A stretch of 34,721 nucleotides of DNA from Nemertoderma westbladi (taxonomy: Eukaryota; Animalia; Xenacoelomorpha): positions 1-34,721 of the forward strand of contig JAUCBJ010007780.1 of NCBI GenBank assembly GCA_032718475.1, in the 5' to 3' direction. A program made the translations under genes and the position numbers. The notes beneath the pieces were generated by a model. That model did no database searches, was not told where the DNA came from, and saw only the letters and a list, made by a program, of their open reading frames with translations. Every line of letters starts with the position of its first letter. Within the stretch, counting starts at the first letter, position 1. Positions 1 through 11,373 of this stretch are shown piece after piece.

Positions 1-840
1 ACATCCAATTATACTGATACAAAATTACAAACAGTAAAAGCAGTATGACGGTAGGTTAAGATATAATTAGATTGCATTGAATTAAGATCGATATAAAGTG
101 ACATGAATCGAGTTGATTTGATAATAGCTATGCTTTCTATAATTTAGCCTACTAATGTTCTTATAAAAAGGCAGAAAACATTTCGCTATATCAAAACGGT
201 CTTAAAACACTGATAATAAAGTCTAAAAATCATAACAAAATCATAACTAAAAGTCCCGTGACTTTAGCTCTCTTATTTTCCAAGAATCCCGTTCAACACA
301 TGTAATCAGCAGTGAGACAGGATAATTTCAGTTCAGTAGCTCGGGATTGGTCGAAATCAGAACTAACTCAACGCAGGGCTATGGGTAACTGGGGCAACCT
401 TCCCAAGCCGGCTGTCCAATCGAACAGCTCAGATCCCTCCTAAAGGATTCCAACGCCTTGGAGGGGGGGAACTGGTTAGCAAAGAAAACAAATCAGTCAT
501 ATCCCAGAAAAACCTTTACAGTAGGTTTCAGAGTATTTTAGCGTATGGGGGAAAAACTGGGTTGCGGGGCGAAGGGCCAGTTACATCCCACAGAAGCTTT
601 TACAATTATCAATACGAAGTATATTTTTTAGACATGCCGAAGGTTAATTTTATCGGTAGCCATTAATTTACTTTATGTTGTCTTACAATTATTGAACCAT
701 GTTATTTTAAATTTATTGAAAATACTCAGTCAAATTTCTATTATTGTAATTAATTTTGTAATTTAAACTCATGTCAAATTACTTTATCTTGACTAATAAC
801 TTATTATCAATAATGTTATTGCTTATAACATCTACAACAG

Positions 841-939
841 GATGAGCTCAGCGTCATTTGTGTGGGCCGCAAGGATGGGAAACATATGTGGGAATGTATG
901 GAAATTAAGAAAGATGTTCTCTTCCTCAATCGGGATTAG
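841..939 (+). CDS. Candidate 3'-terminal coding exon of a gene lying upstream of the window (DELSVICVGRKDGKHMWECMEIKKDVLFLNRD*)
   Basis: Acceptor ...tctacaacAG at 839-840, branch-point-like tgactaat at ~790, open phase-0 frame to TAG 937-939, higher GC than flanks, AATAAA signals at ~1109-1150. Product not recognised. Confidence 0.45.
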   Translation, partial: DELSVICVGRKDGKHMWECMEIKKDVLFLNRD

Positions 940-1366
940 TTGCAGAATGAGACTGGTCGTGTGACGCAGGATAATTGTTAGGTGATGCAAGATAGTTTTT
1001 AGAATAATTATACCTAGTCATATATAAATGGATTTCCTTTGTTATTTTTTTTGTGTTAATATGGGGGCGAAATAACAGTTACGACTAACGAGTAATATAA
1101 TATATAGAATAAATAGTAAGTAAATTGTAAATAAATATTTAATAATAAATAATAACAAATTTTCATTTAATTAAAATTGACACCTTCGAAAATAAAAAAA
1201 AAACAATCTAGTAAAGTGTATAAAGTAAAATGTATACATGTAAAGTGGAAATAATGTATGTAAAGTCGTGTACAGTACATACAGTATCATAGGGTTCAAT
1301 CAAAACAAATGAAATATATTTGTAATCAATCGCAAATAATAATATCCAACCAACAAAAGTAAATTC

Positions 1367-1546
1367 AGCAGTTAGTGTAGCTTTTAGGGATATCTAGAGG
1401 TCCCTAAGCAAATCGCACTAACGTGTTAGTGGCACTTACAGTTAGTGAGCTTGGTGGAACAGGCTAAGTGATAAGGGTGGCTCAGGTTAGTGGCACTAAG
1501 CAGTTAGCACTAACACTAAGCGGTTAGTGAGAGTTGGTGGAACCGG
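1367..1546. repeat. Degenerate short tandem repeats (GCAGTTAGTG / TTAGTGGCACT / TTGGTGGAAC units)
   Basis: Repeated gttagtg, ggcactaag and ttggtggaac motifs visible directly. Confidence 0.5.
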
Positions 1547-1549
1547 CTG

Positions 1550-2401
1550 CTGGTACATGCCCCCCCCCCCCCCCAAATTTTTCTACAAATCGTAATGAGA
1601 TTGTATGAAATTTGAAACAGAGATAGTTTCACCTCCCTCCTCCTCCGTGGGTGAGCTATAATTTTTATTTAACTTTCATTCTTTAGCTACAAGCGTTTGA
1701 AAATAGTGTCTCCGGCGAAATTGCACCAGTTACACCGCAGTTATTCTTCAACCTTATTATGATTTGTTACTGTAGTACTAATTTAAAGCTAGTCGTGCAA
1801 GGATTCCAAAAATGTAAAAACATTTGAATTTGGTAGAGAAATAGCCGAGATATGGGCATTCGAAAGTTGCATGTATTTGCTTCCCCTGCACGCCATTTAT
1901 TCTATTTAATAAATACATCATATTCTGGAACATTTTGTTTATCCCATACGTAGCTGGGCAACAATGCAATGCTTCTTTAAACATACTATTATGTAGCTAT
2001 TCATACATAAACAAAATGCTCTAGAATATAGTGTTTTTATTTAATAGAATAAAACAGCCTCGCGCAGGTGCAAAACCATGAAACTTTTGAACGCTCATAT
2101 CTCAGCTATTTCACAACCAAATTCAAATATTTTTACATTTTTGGAATCCTTGCATGGTTAGCTTTCTATTTCTACCAACAAATCGCGATAAGGTTCATGA
2201 ATAACTGCAGTGTAACTGGTGAAATATTACTGGAGACACCTTTTTCAAACGCTTGTAGTTAAAGATTGAAAGCAAAAATAAAAATTCAGGCTCACCCAGT
2301 AAGGAGGAGGGAGGTGAAACTAACTCTGTTTCAAATTTCATGCAATCTCATTAAGATTTGTAGAAAATTTTTTTTGGGGGGGGGGGGCGTCCACGTACCA
2401 G
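1550..2401. mobile_element. Foldback-type MITE, almost entirely palindromic (~400-bp arms)
   Basis: Ends CTGGTAC...poly-C / poly-G...GTACCAG. Arm 1550-1955 is the imperfect reverse complement of 1994-2401 (e.g. tttcacctccctcctcct vs aggaggagggaggtgaaa; aggattccaaaaatgtaaaaa vs tttttacatttttggaatcct). No TSD resolved. Confidence 0.85.
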
Positions 2402-4973
2402 AATAACGACAATATATTCCAGGACATGGTGTACAGTACATACCCACTAAAATTAGAATTTAAATGTGTATTTGAAAGATGACTTATGCGGGAACTCAAT
2501 TTTGCGAACGAATACACAGGACCCCCTTGGAAATTCAGATAGTGGCGCACATTGACCGCAAGTGAAAATTGTGAAAATACAGATATTGGCGCAAATTTTC
2601 CGAAAGGAAAATAAAGCATCGTTTATTGTTTTGGTTAGAAAACACCGCCACTGTAACCTACTTCATTCCCTTTAAGTTTTTAATTAAATTAATTTTTCAA
2701 ACCCTCTAAACAGAGATTTGGACCATTTATTCTGGAAATAAGCTACCCTAAGATACTCCTATGTTATGTTGGACAATCAATACACCTACTTACATTGTTT
2801 GGTGTATTTGTTATTGTTTTACATAATGTATAAATTTATCACCTACAGTATCTATCTATCTACTGTATCTATTATACATACATAGGCTACATGAACGACC
2901 GCATTATGGCAGAATGCTGCGCGGCAAACAGACACAACAGCCGACCAAAAAAACCCGGTTAGCCATAGCCATATACTTTCCAGTCTGGCGATCTTCTAAG
3001 GCCCACATAAGCCCAGCAGCTAGCTGAAGTCAGCAATGATGAAAAATATTGGGATGTGTGGACACTTTACCACTCGTAATGTTAGTTAATATGGAAGATC
3101 GTCTGTACTCCAACTAACTACAGTAATACAGGGCCCGCCACACAAACTAAGTGTGAACCTGATCACTCAATCACTTCTGTATCCAACCCTCTATTTACTT
3201 CCCCCTCAGAAAGTATCTTGCATAGGGTCACAACAATGCGAAATTTCTACGGGCTTTAGTAAAGGCCATTAAAGCTAAGAGCAGCAGAGGTTCCAATGCA
3301 GCAGGGAATCACGTTTAAGGATCTACAAAATGTCAAGATCCCGGGAGAGCTAGTTGATTGTAGTTGTAGTGGTCTTCCTGTAAGTTTGTGTTGCTGTTTA
3401 AAAGTGGTCAGTTGTCTCATGCGTCGCTCTTCGTTATATTACATTTTTCTTGTCGATTTCGGGCTGCTGAATTCGTTTTTCTTCGAGATCTTTGCTGTTT
3501 GTTATTCGTGTCTGCTAATCTTAAGGTAGTTTAGGCGCCACGCTAACTCCCAAGGGTAAAACTCCGTAACTACCCAACCCCTTTCCTTCAGCTGGCTTCT
3601 TTACATGAGAGAGGGGGTACCCATGGATGGGATGGGGCACTACTTACGAAATTTCAACTGGCTCGGTAAGTCGAACCCGCTACCACCGCTACAGGGGGTT
3701 CATACGGGGGCCTAACTGACATACATGTAAACATCCTATAAAGTTAAATAGAGTTAGTTTGTAGATTTAAATAGGTTGTTGATCAATGATTGGTTATTAA
3801 ATTTTATTTATGTATTTATATTTATAAAACATAGTTTACTTAAAAATAACGCAGAGTTGTGAATACTACATTCACTACATAAAGACTACTATATAAACCT
3901 ACATAAAAAGAACTATAAGATTAATTAACTAATATCACACAAGTGATTGGCTGTAGGTATTAACCTAAAAGATCAGAGATTAATAAACCTACTTAATATG
4001 TACTTGGCAACCGTATCTAATGGAATGGATAATTAGCAAATTTCTGTAGGTATGGGACATTGTTAGTCAATACAAATGTAATTAACGGTAACCATATAAA
4101 CGAATTCGGGTTAAGAACTACCACAAACAAGCATTGTTCCAACGTGTATAGTTAGCGTGCGCTACGCAGCAGGTACAATAGGGGCAATTATACCTGGACA
4201 GCGAGATTAATATGAGTCAAAATGCCCAAGCTAATTGGTTGTAATGACAATTATTACGCTATAGTGCACCCCTCCCTAGTTACCGTTACATAAGTAGTAA
4301 ACAAATAAACAAGGAGTTCACGTAAATAAAAAAAATATTATAGGATAGGATTCCTCCATTATTGTTCACGTAAATAACAAAAATATTATAAGGAACCGCT
4401 AGGTTACTTTCCGTAAGGAATCCCTAGAAATAAAACCGTGTTGACAATCAATGACTGAATGAGTGAGTGAGTGATGTTCAATTGTGCCTTATTGCAGTTT
4501 AATTTTAGTGCATTATTTAAGTTTCAAATTGAACTACCGTATTAGGTGTTTTATGATTTATGTAACAATAAATGCAACAGGAAACTGCTATTTTACAAAA
4601 TCTTTACGTTTTAGGAAAGCGGCCTCTTTCACTTTCCTGCAATGGGCACAGGCGCGGTACCTCCACCGTGTATTTTCTTAAGTCCCCATCTGTACACAAT
4701 ATTTACATCACCCTCTTTAATCGTACGAACCTGCCCAGAAAGCCTCTTAATTAGGACTTTCCGGGCCTCACCAAAATTCATGATTAACAGGACGACGTAC
4801 AGTATACCTAAACAACACTATTCCATTAAACTTTTATTACCATTACAACTAACGAACGAAAGTGCTATTGTGTTGTAAATTTCTAATGTCCTGCTTGTTT
4901 CACTTTTCATTTTACTTGTATTTGTTGATAGTATAGTGTAGGGCCTATTCTCCTGTAATAAAGAAATAATTTA

Positions 4974-5117
4974 GCCGAAACGCAACTTTTTTGCCGAATC
5001 TCACATTTTTGCCGCAATGCGACTTTTTATGCCGAAACGCATTTTTTTTGCCGAAACGCAACTTTTTTTTGCCGAAACGCGACTGTTGCCGAAACGCGAC
5101 AGTTGCCGAAACGCGAC
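4974..5117. repeat. Minisatellite, core GCCGAAACGC(A/G) with variable T-runs, ~8 copies
   Basis: Directly visible repeated gccgaaacgc units of ~15-21 bp. Confidence 0.85.
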
Positions 5118-5123
5118 GACACC

Positions 5124-5479
5124 GCTGAGGATACCAAATCTGTGGATGGCACATTCACAAGAATTCTACGTCGGGTTCACTGAGTCAAGAACAAATGCAC
5201 ACATCTCCAACCAGACACTATAGTTACATCATTTGAGGTGTCTTATTGCCACCCCCCCCCCCCCCCCCCCCCACGCCAAGCATGATACTTGGGCGGGGCC
5301 GCCTCTGCATCGCATGACATTGCTTTTGCCACTAGGACCAGCAAGGGCACGCACAATCTTGTATTTTAGCAGCCTCATTGAGAGAATATGCATGGTGGAC
5401 AGCCCATGATTTTATTGAGACGCATCTTAAAGGACACTGGCCTTGATGATGCGTATAATCTGGCGAAAGTCATGAGGGG
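5124..5479 (+). mobile_element. Degenerate 3' fragment of RTE-clade non-LTR retrotransposon
   Basis: Reverse-complement homolog of 6304-6680 (shared gctgagga..ccaaatct.tggatggcacattcacaagaat and gagacgcatcttaaaggacactggcctt), with stops, frameshifts and a poly-C insertion. Confidence 0.8.
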
Positions 5480-6303
5480 TACATAATTGTTGTGGCTCTA
5501 TTTTCTCGGTAACACGAAATAGCTGCAAACTGCAATTCCGGCCTGCCGTTTGAAGAATTGCATGGTGGCAGCGCAATTTTATTATTAAGCCGGCATAGCT
5601 ATGCCATATGCCAATGCTGCGACAATGCAGCACGCCGATAAAAGATAGAAGATATTTTCAATACACTATAATTTCATTGTAGCCGAGTAGACAGTCAACA
5701 CATTCTACTACTGTAGTGCGGAGTGATATAGAAATATTAGGTAATGCAACTATTGGGGTTGCATGCCTAGGCGGTTATTACTACGGTAGTACCTGGTGCC
5801 TATTGCCAAGGCATATTCTACTATGGTTGTACTGTGTGTCAAGGCGCCAGATACTTCGGTGGTATACTGTACCTGTAGTATTCACTCCGTTGTTGTTATG
5901 TTGGTGTTGTTGTTGTTGTTAATTTCTTGTTAGGTATTGGTATTAGGGCTTTGTACGTCTCCAGTAGCTCTTTTAATTACTATAGTAGTTACCCTGGTTA
6001 CCCTGGTTGAGGTGCTAATTTAAAACAACAAAATTTTTAATTTTAATTTTTTTAATTTTAATTTTAATTTTTAATTTAATCTTTAATTAATTATTGAGTA
6101 CTGGCAAGGAAGGAATTTTTAATTTCATTAAAGGTTTACGTTTAATTAAACGAGTATCATTTAATCGTGTTATATTTATAAATAAATTATATAGTTGTCT
6201 ATACTTATGAGTAAAATAATAAACTTTCAATAATGTGTCATGACTTCAAATGCATATCCATTAGTACAACTACTGGGATCGGCATGCTGCTGCAGCTGCA
6301 TTT

Positions 6304-6735
6304 TTAAGAATGATGTGCCGGCTTGACGACAAAATTGCGCCGCCACAACTCCCTATCACCCATGACATTTGCTAGATCATCCGCATCTTTAAGGCCAGTG
6401 TCCTTTAAGATGCGTCTCAAGAAAGTCATGGGCTGTCCACCATGCTTATTCTCTCCATGAGGCTGCCAAAGTACAAGATTATGCACTGGCTGGTCCTCAC
6501 GGCGAAAGCAATGTCCTGCAAAATGGAGGCAATTTTGATCTAGTGTCAAGCTTGGGGGAACCAATGAGATACCTCCAATGTTATACAGTGTCTGGTCGGA
6601 GATGTGTGCATTGTACTTGACACAATAAACCCGGCGTAGCATTCTTGTGAATGTGCCATCCAGAGATTTGGTGTCCTCAGCAGTTAGAGCCCAGCATGGA
6701 CTCCCATAGAGGAGTACCGGAACTACTGCTACTCT
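6304..6735 (-). mobile_element. 5'-truncated RTE-clade LINE, C-terminus of the RT ORF
   Basis: Translation VPVLLYGSPCWALTAEDTKSLDGTFTRMLRR...LHFAGHCFRREDQPVHNLVLWQPHG...GGQPMTFLRRILKDTGL...MGDRELWR matches the typical RTE post-RT C-terminal motifs (LLYGxExW, F(A)GHxxR, GRP, DRxxWR). Confidence 0.85.
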
Positions 6736-7109
6736 AAATAATCCATTAGTACCGTGTATTTATAAGGGAATTAGCAAACGGAGGCCTACCAATTAGCGGG
6801 GGGAGGGAGGGGAGGGGCGGTTTCCAGCAATCCCGCAGTCAAGAACGCCCATCATTTGCAACGCTTCCAAAACTACGTTGCATTTTTGGAGGTTTTAGTT
6901 CATGATAGTTTCACTGTAGTATGCAGATCCAGGTATTATAAAACTAAAGTAATGAGTCGACTTGAGTTATGAAATACATAAAATATAAATATTGGATTGA
7001 AAAGATTATGGAAAATTGGTAAGATGTATGTTTGATTGATTGTTTAAACTGTACTTTAATATATTTAGAAGGTGACGTTTAAAGTGTTTCGAAAAGGGTA
7101 ATGTATTTG

Positions 7110-7540
7110 GGATTTATGGGTAGATACGTTGATAACTAGACATAAAGGATAATTGTTTACTAAAGATATTTGAGTAAAATAGATCCAATCGTTGAGGTTG
7201 GTGGTAATTAATATATTATTAGATACAATAGGCTGCTCCAAAATGACTACACCTTTATGGCCTCGAGGTATAGATGAGAGCCAATAAAATGAGAACTATA
7301 AATACATAGCAAACGGTTCGCTGACGGCTTCGTTCATAAATATATTTTGAGGGGACACGACCCATCTGCGATCTGCCTTATGGTGGGTGTCCTTACAATG
7401 ATAATAAATCAATTTTGGAACAATATAACGACACTAAAAGGAACTGAATGAATTTTACTAATACTGTACGTACAAGATGATTTCGCAAGGCCTATATATT
7501 ATTTCTTGAATAAGTTAAATTTGTTTAAATTACTCTATAA
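7110..7540 (+). mobile_element. Highly decayed 3' end of an I-group-like LINE
   Basis: Around 7335-7400 reads HKYILRGHDPSAICLMVGVLTM, resembling the THxYLLxGxxPPxCxxCxxxLTVxHIL C-terminal knuckle region of I/Nimb LINEs; many stops elsewhere. Confidence 0.4.
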
Positions 7541-7730
7541 TGTACAATGCTCTATATTATGTATACTACATGTTCTCATATAATATTAATATTGATGTTT
7601 CAATATTTGCAAATGTATAAAAATTTAATAAAAATAGGTAGGGTACAATAATACATAATGCGTTTTTCCTCCCTCTCTGGTCATTTTTCCCCGTAATTGT
7701 TTTCCCCCCTTGTTTACAGTCTGTTTTACC

Positions 7731-7766
7731 CCAGCCCTAGCTCAGTTGGTAGAGCGTGGGACTTGG
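7731..7766 (+). pseudogene. Truncated tRNA-derived SINE head / tRNA pseudogene fragment
   Basis: A-box and D-arm TAGCTCAGTTGGTAGAGCG followed by TGGGACT; no intact T-arm or B-box, so not a functional tRNA. Confidence 0.6.
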
Positions 7767-7975
7767 ACAGTTCATGCGTTAGTAGACGCGGACTTTCACT
7801 TTCAATTTCACGCTTGTTAAGGTAGTATTATCTGTCTGAAACTCCGGCATTCGAGTTATCTCAACTGTTTATTGGACTGTAGTGGATTGATTATCAGTGG
7901 TTCAGTGTTACGAAAACTTCGGAAATGCAAAATATTATTAATATTATTACATGTTACTGTTATTTTTATTTTCAG

Positions 7976-8035
7976 AAGTCCAAGAATCATGTGACGACTG
8001 TCTAGATGGAATACGTTTCAATCCTATTAAGAAAA
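7976..8035 (+). CDS. Internal 60-nt exon (phase 1-1) of an LDLa-module gene: xVQESCDDCLDGIRFNPIKK
   Basis: Strong acceptor ttttattttcAG (7974-7975), donor GTAAGT at 8036; splices in frame to the 8466 exon. Confidence 0.7.
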
Positions 8036-8067
8036 GTAAGTTTATAAAGCAGATACATTTACTACCG

Positions 8068-8404
8068 GTAACTAATATAACTGATACAATTACTAATATA
8101 ACAGATACAATTACTAATTATAACAGATACAATTAATTACTAACTAATATAACAGATACAATAACTAACTAATATAACAGATACAATAACTAACTAATAT
8201 AACAGATACAATAACTAACTAATATAACAGATACAATTACTAACTAATATAACAGATACAATAACTAACTAATATAACAGATACAATTAATAACTAATAT
8301 AACAGATACAATTACTAACTAATATAACAGATACAATTACTAACTAATATAACAGATACAATAACTAACTAATATAACAGATACAATTAATAACTAATAT
8401 AACA
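8068..8404. repeat. Intronic 25-bp minisatellite (TAACTAATATAACAGATACAAT(A/T)AC), with 21-bp variants at the left end
   Basis: Directly visible tandem units, roughly 14 copies. Confidence 0.95.
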
Positions 8405-8465
8405 TATACTATTATGATATAATGTATAATAGATATTTCAAGTAGATAATCAACAATTTCCCAAG

Positions 8466-8606
8466 GTAATTGTCCTGGCGATTTATCTGACACCGGTACG
8501 GTACAATATTTCTGCGACTACAGATGTCTCCCGGTTGTAGCGAAGCAACGATGCGACGATTACGTTCATTGCGGAAATGGTTACGATGAAATGTGCTGCG
8601 ACTGCG
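8466..8606 (+). CDS. LDL-receptor class A (LDLa) module exon, 141 nt, phase 1-1
   Basis: Translation (S)NCPGDLSDTGTVQYFCDYRCLPVVAKQRCDDYVHCGNGYDEMCCDC has the LDLa pattern C..F-C..C-LP..RCD...C.NGYDE..C. Acceptor tttcccaAG (8464-8465), donor GTGAGC at 8607. Symmetric phase-1 exons are typical of LDLa modules. Confidence 0.8.
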
Positions 8607-8612
8607 GTGAGC

Positions 8613-10440
8613 AATTAAATTTAAGGATTATTAGTCATAATTATTAATTAATTATTAATATCCATTAATATATTATTTACTACATTGTATTTGCCATAAT
8701 TAACAAACAAATTAGCAATACGTGCATACATTTATACGCACAAATTTACTGAGGACCATCCTTGCCAAAAAATTCATAAACTAAATAGGAAATATCACTG
8801 TAGCATTAATCCTACCGGGATAGTTATTTTTACAGATCACAAGCGAACACACAGAACACACCCGAACTCACTCCAAAAACTGCCGAACACAATCGAACAC
8901 AGTTAACAATAGAAATAGCACAAAAAAATAACACCGGGTACCCACTTTTAGATAAAATTCGCCACGCATTTCTTTTCCAGAAGAAAATTCCCTAAATTAT
9001 TGAATAAAATTGTCGCGAAATTAAATATTCATTTCTTATCAGGTAGGCCTATCAATTGTTTGTGTACTGCTGTACTGTATAACAAACTATGTACGGAAGC
9101 CTACCGGGTACCGTACCTGTCACATATATATAGTAATAGCGGGTTAGCTAATAGGCCTGTTTGCCTCTGTACTGGAATAGCTTGGTCTGGGACTGATTGC
9201 TGAGGATATGAATTAGGAAGATATCCCGTTACCGTACGTAATGTACATGACGTACGCTACAACATGTCGGTACAACATAGGTACCGGTATCTACCTGCCT
9301 ACTGCTGCACTGGAATATAAAGAGCTGTGTCCCGGTTAGGTACCTACCCTGGCAGGTACCGGTAGTGATCTCTGTCCCGGTGCTACCACACTTAACTGCC
9401 TACTACTATGTTTAAATGCACTTTTGGTGCTCTTAGTATATTATATTGATAAAAAAAATGAAAATGTTGCTTCTAATCTTGCTTTCGATTACTAATAATG
9501 AATTCAACAAACCAAAAAAGCATAGTATGGTTTCATGGTTATACCCAAGATGTTGTGTTATACCCAAGGTGTTGATATGGTATGGGTGCCAGGAACTCCT
9601 CATATCTCGAAAACTATTGGAGCTATTGAATTATTTTTGTTTTGTTTAAATTTTTTTAAATTTTTTTTATTTGTCTCATCTGAAAGAGGACATAATTTTA
9701 GATAGGGACAAGTACTTCCGAACGCCTGACATTGTTTCAGGGGTTTTATCTATGACAAAATAACTGGCCCACTAAATTTAGGGGCTTTGCAGCAGCGTGG
9801 CGGGTCGTCTCTATAGTAGGTCATGTTCAGACATTTCTGAAATGTTTTCATTTCAACCAACTAGCGGTAAACTGGAGAAATGCAGATGGATTAGCGTCCT
9901 CACAATGACGCAACCACTGTGCAAGTACATGCCATGATTCAGCTTAAACGAATTAAAATCTAGGAAACGGTGGAAGGTTTTCACTTTCATAATTTCGTAC
10001 ATTGGAGACCCATTACCGTCCCCACCAATACGTAGATTGTGTTCTAGAACATATCGGACAAGTTTCAGATTGAACGGATCATAAATAATGAATTGAGAGT
10101 TGGATCTATCGGCGGCAGAATGCAGAACTGCAGACAGTCCTTTGAACGACCTAGCCGGTTGTCTAGCACTGACATGTAGCCCTCTAGCGGGAGAACATTT
10201 AACTGATAGTGTCTAAAATCTCAATAGATTCAGTAAATAATTTTTGTATAATTTATACCAACTCAATAAAAAACCAGGAAAACCTAACCTACGTCGATTT
10301 TTAATCAATTATATTTTAAATAACTGTTTTTTCCTATGTATTGTTTATAAATAAAACATATTATATATAATAATAATTAAATTTAAGGATTATTAGTCAT
10401 AATTATTAATTAATTATTAATATCCATTAATATATTATTT
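8613..10440. repeat. Perfect 66-bp direct repeat (8613-8678 and 10375-10440) bracketing a 1.7-kb segment
   Basis: aattaaatttaaggattattagtcataattattaattaattattaatatccattaatatattattt is identical in both positions. Confidence 0.85.
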
Positions 10441-10669
10441 TTTAATTTTTAATTTTTTAGAGTTGCACATTAACTTTAGTACTTTATTTCATAGGTGTAA
10501 GAAAACATTACAGTACGTACGATAAATTTGTTGGTTTATTATAGGTTTGTATACTTTATTGGTTACTTATTGATTGGTGTCTCAGTGTCATATTGATTTT
10601 TTGATAAATTTTAGGACATTCATTACATTAATATCATATAATAATTATAATTATTTATACTACATTCAG

Positions 10670-10737
10670 GTTTTCCAGAACCAACCACTACCACTACGGA
10701 GTCATCCGGCGGATTCGATTACTACAATTGGTATTAG
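10670..10737 (+). CDS. Probable last coding exon of the LDLa gene: (G)FPEPTTTTTESSGGFDYYNWY*
   Basis: Acceptor tacattcAG (10668-10669), phase 1 compatible with the 8606 donor, Pro/Thr/Ser-rich linker-like peptide, TAG at 10735-10737; GC-richer island in AT-rich DNA. Confidence 0.65.
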
Positions 10738-10852
10738 AAAGCAGACTACATTGTATTATATAAACTTATCTGTACTCTACAGACACTAGGCCTACATTGA
10801 GAGAGCTGTGTTCTTACAGTAGCCCTACAGTATTTTAAATTAATTTAATTAT

Positions 10853-11373
10853 GGGAGTGGCGGGTTAGGTGGATGTGGGTTGAAACCCTGTCAAATTTTT
10901 ATACGAATTATATTTTTGCGCATTTAACAATGTACAAATAACAAATCCAAAGGCATAAATTAAACGTGAGATTTGGTGTAGATCTGGCAGTTAATTCAAA
11001 AGAAACTTGTAAGTTTGTATCAAAAATTGCTTAAATCACACTTTTTCTATCTGTTTCTTTAAAAAACGATCACATCAATTTTAATCGGTTAGCAGCGAAA
11101 CAGTCCGTCAAAAATGTGTTGTTAGATTTTGAAAACTTATGTAAGAAAATGTTCCAGCAGAAAATTCGTGATTATTTTTGAAAAATGTATTACGTTGCAT
11201 CGGTAAAAGTAGGTGTTCCCCCCTACTTTTAAAACTACTGTATGATACCGCTATCATTGATTTCTAAATTATTGTTTAATTCTGGTAAATTTCATGAACG
11301 GAATCTTTGTTAAAGTAAATCAGTATAAAATTTGACAGGGCGCAAACCACAAGCCAACACTATATCCCCTTAA
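10853..11373. mobile_element. MITE with imperfect TIRs, right end at CCCC-TTAA
   Basis: ccctgtcaaatttttatac (~10886) vs gtataaaatttgacaggg (~11323); the right end abuts a TTAA site. Confidence 0.55.

Noticed and set aside
358-475. Twister-ribozyme-like words (TAACTC, TCCCAAGCC, GGAGGG)
   Set aside because: P1 and P4 pairings could not be formed convincingly by eye; an Infernal search would settle it.
3530-3720. GC-rich island with B-box-like GGTTCGACT on the minus strand; possible LINE 5' UTR or HDV-like ribozyme
   Set aside because: No proper A-box spacing and no HDV nested pseudoknot could be assembled; identity unresolved.
7951-7975. MLLLFLFS as a signal peptide/start for the LDLa gene
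   Set aside because: Too short for a signal peptide and better explained as the polypyrimidine tract of the acceptor.
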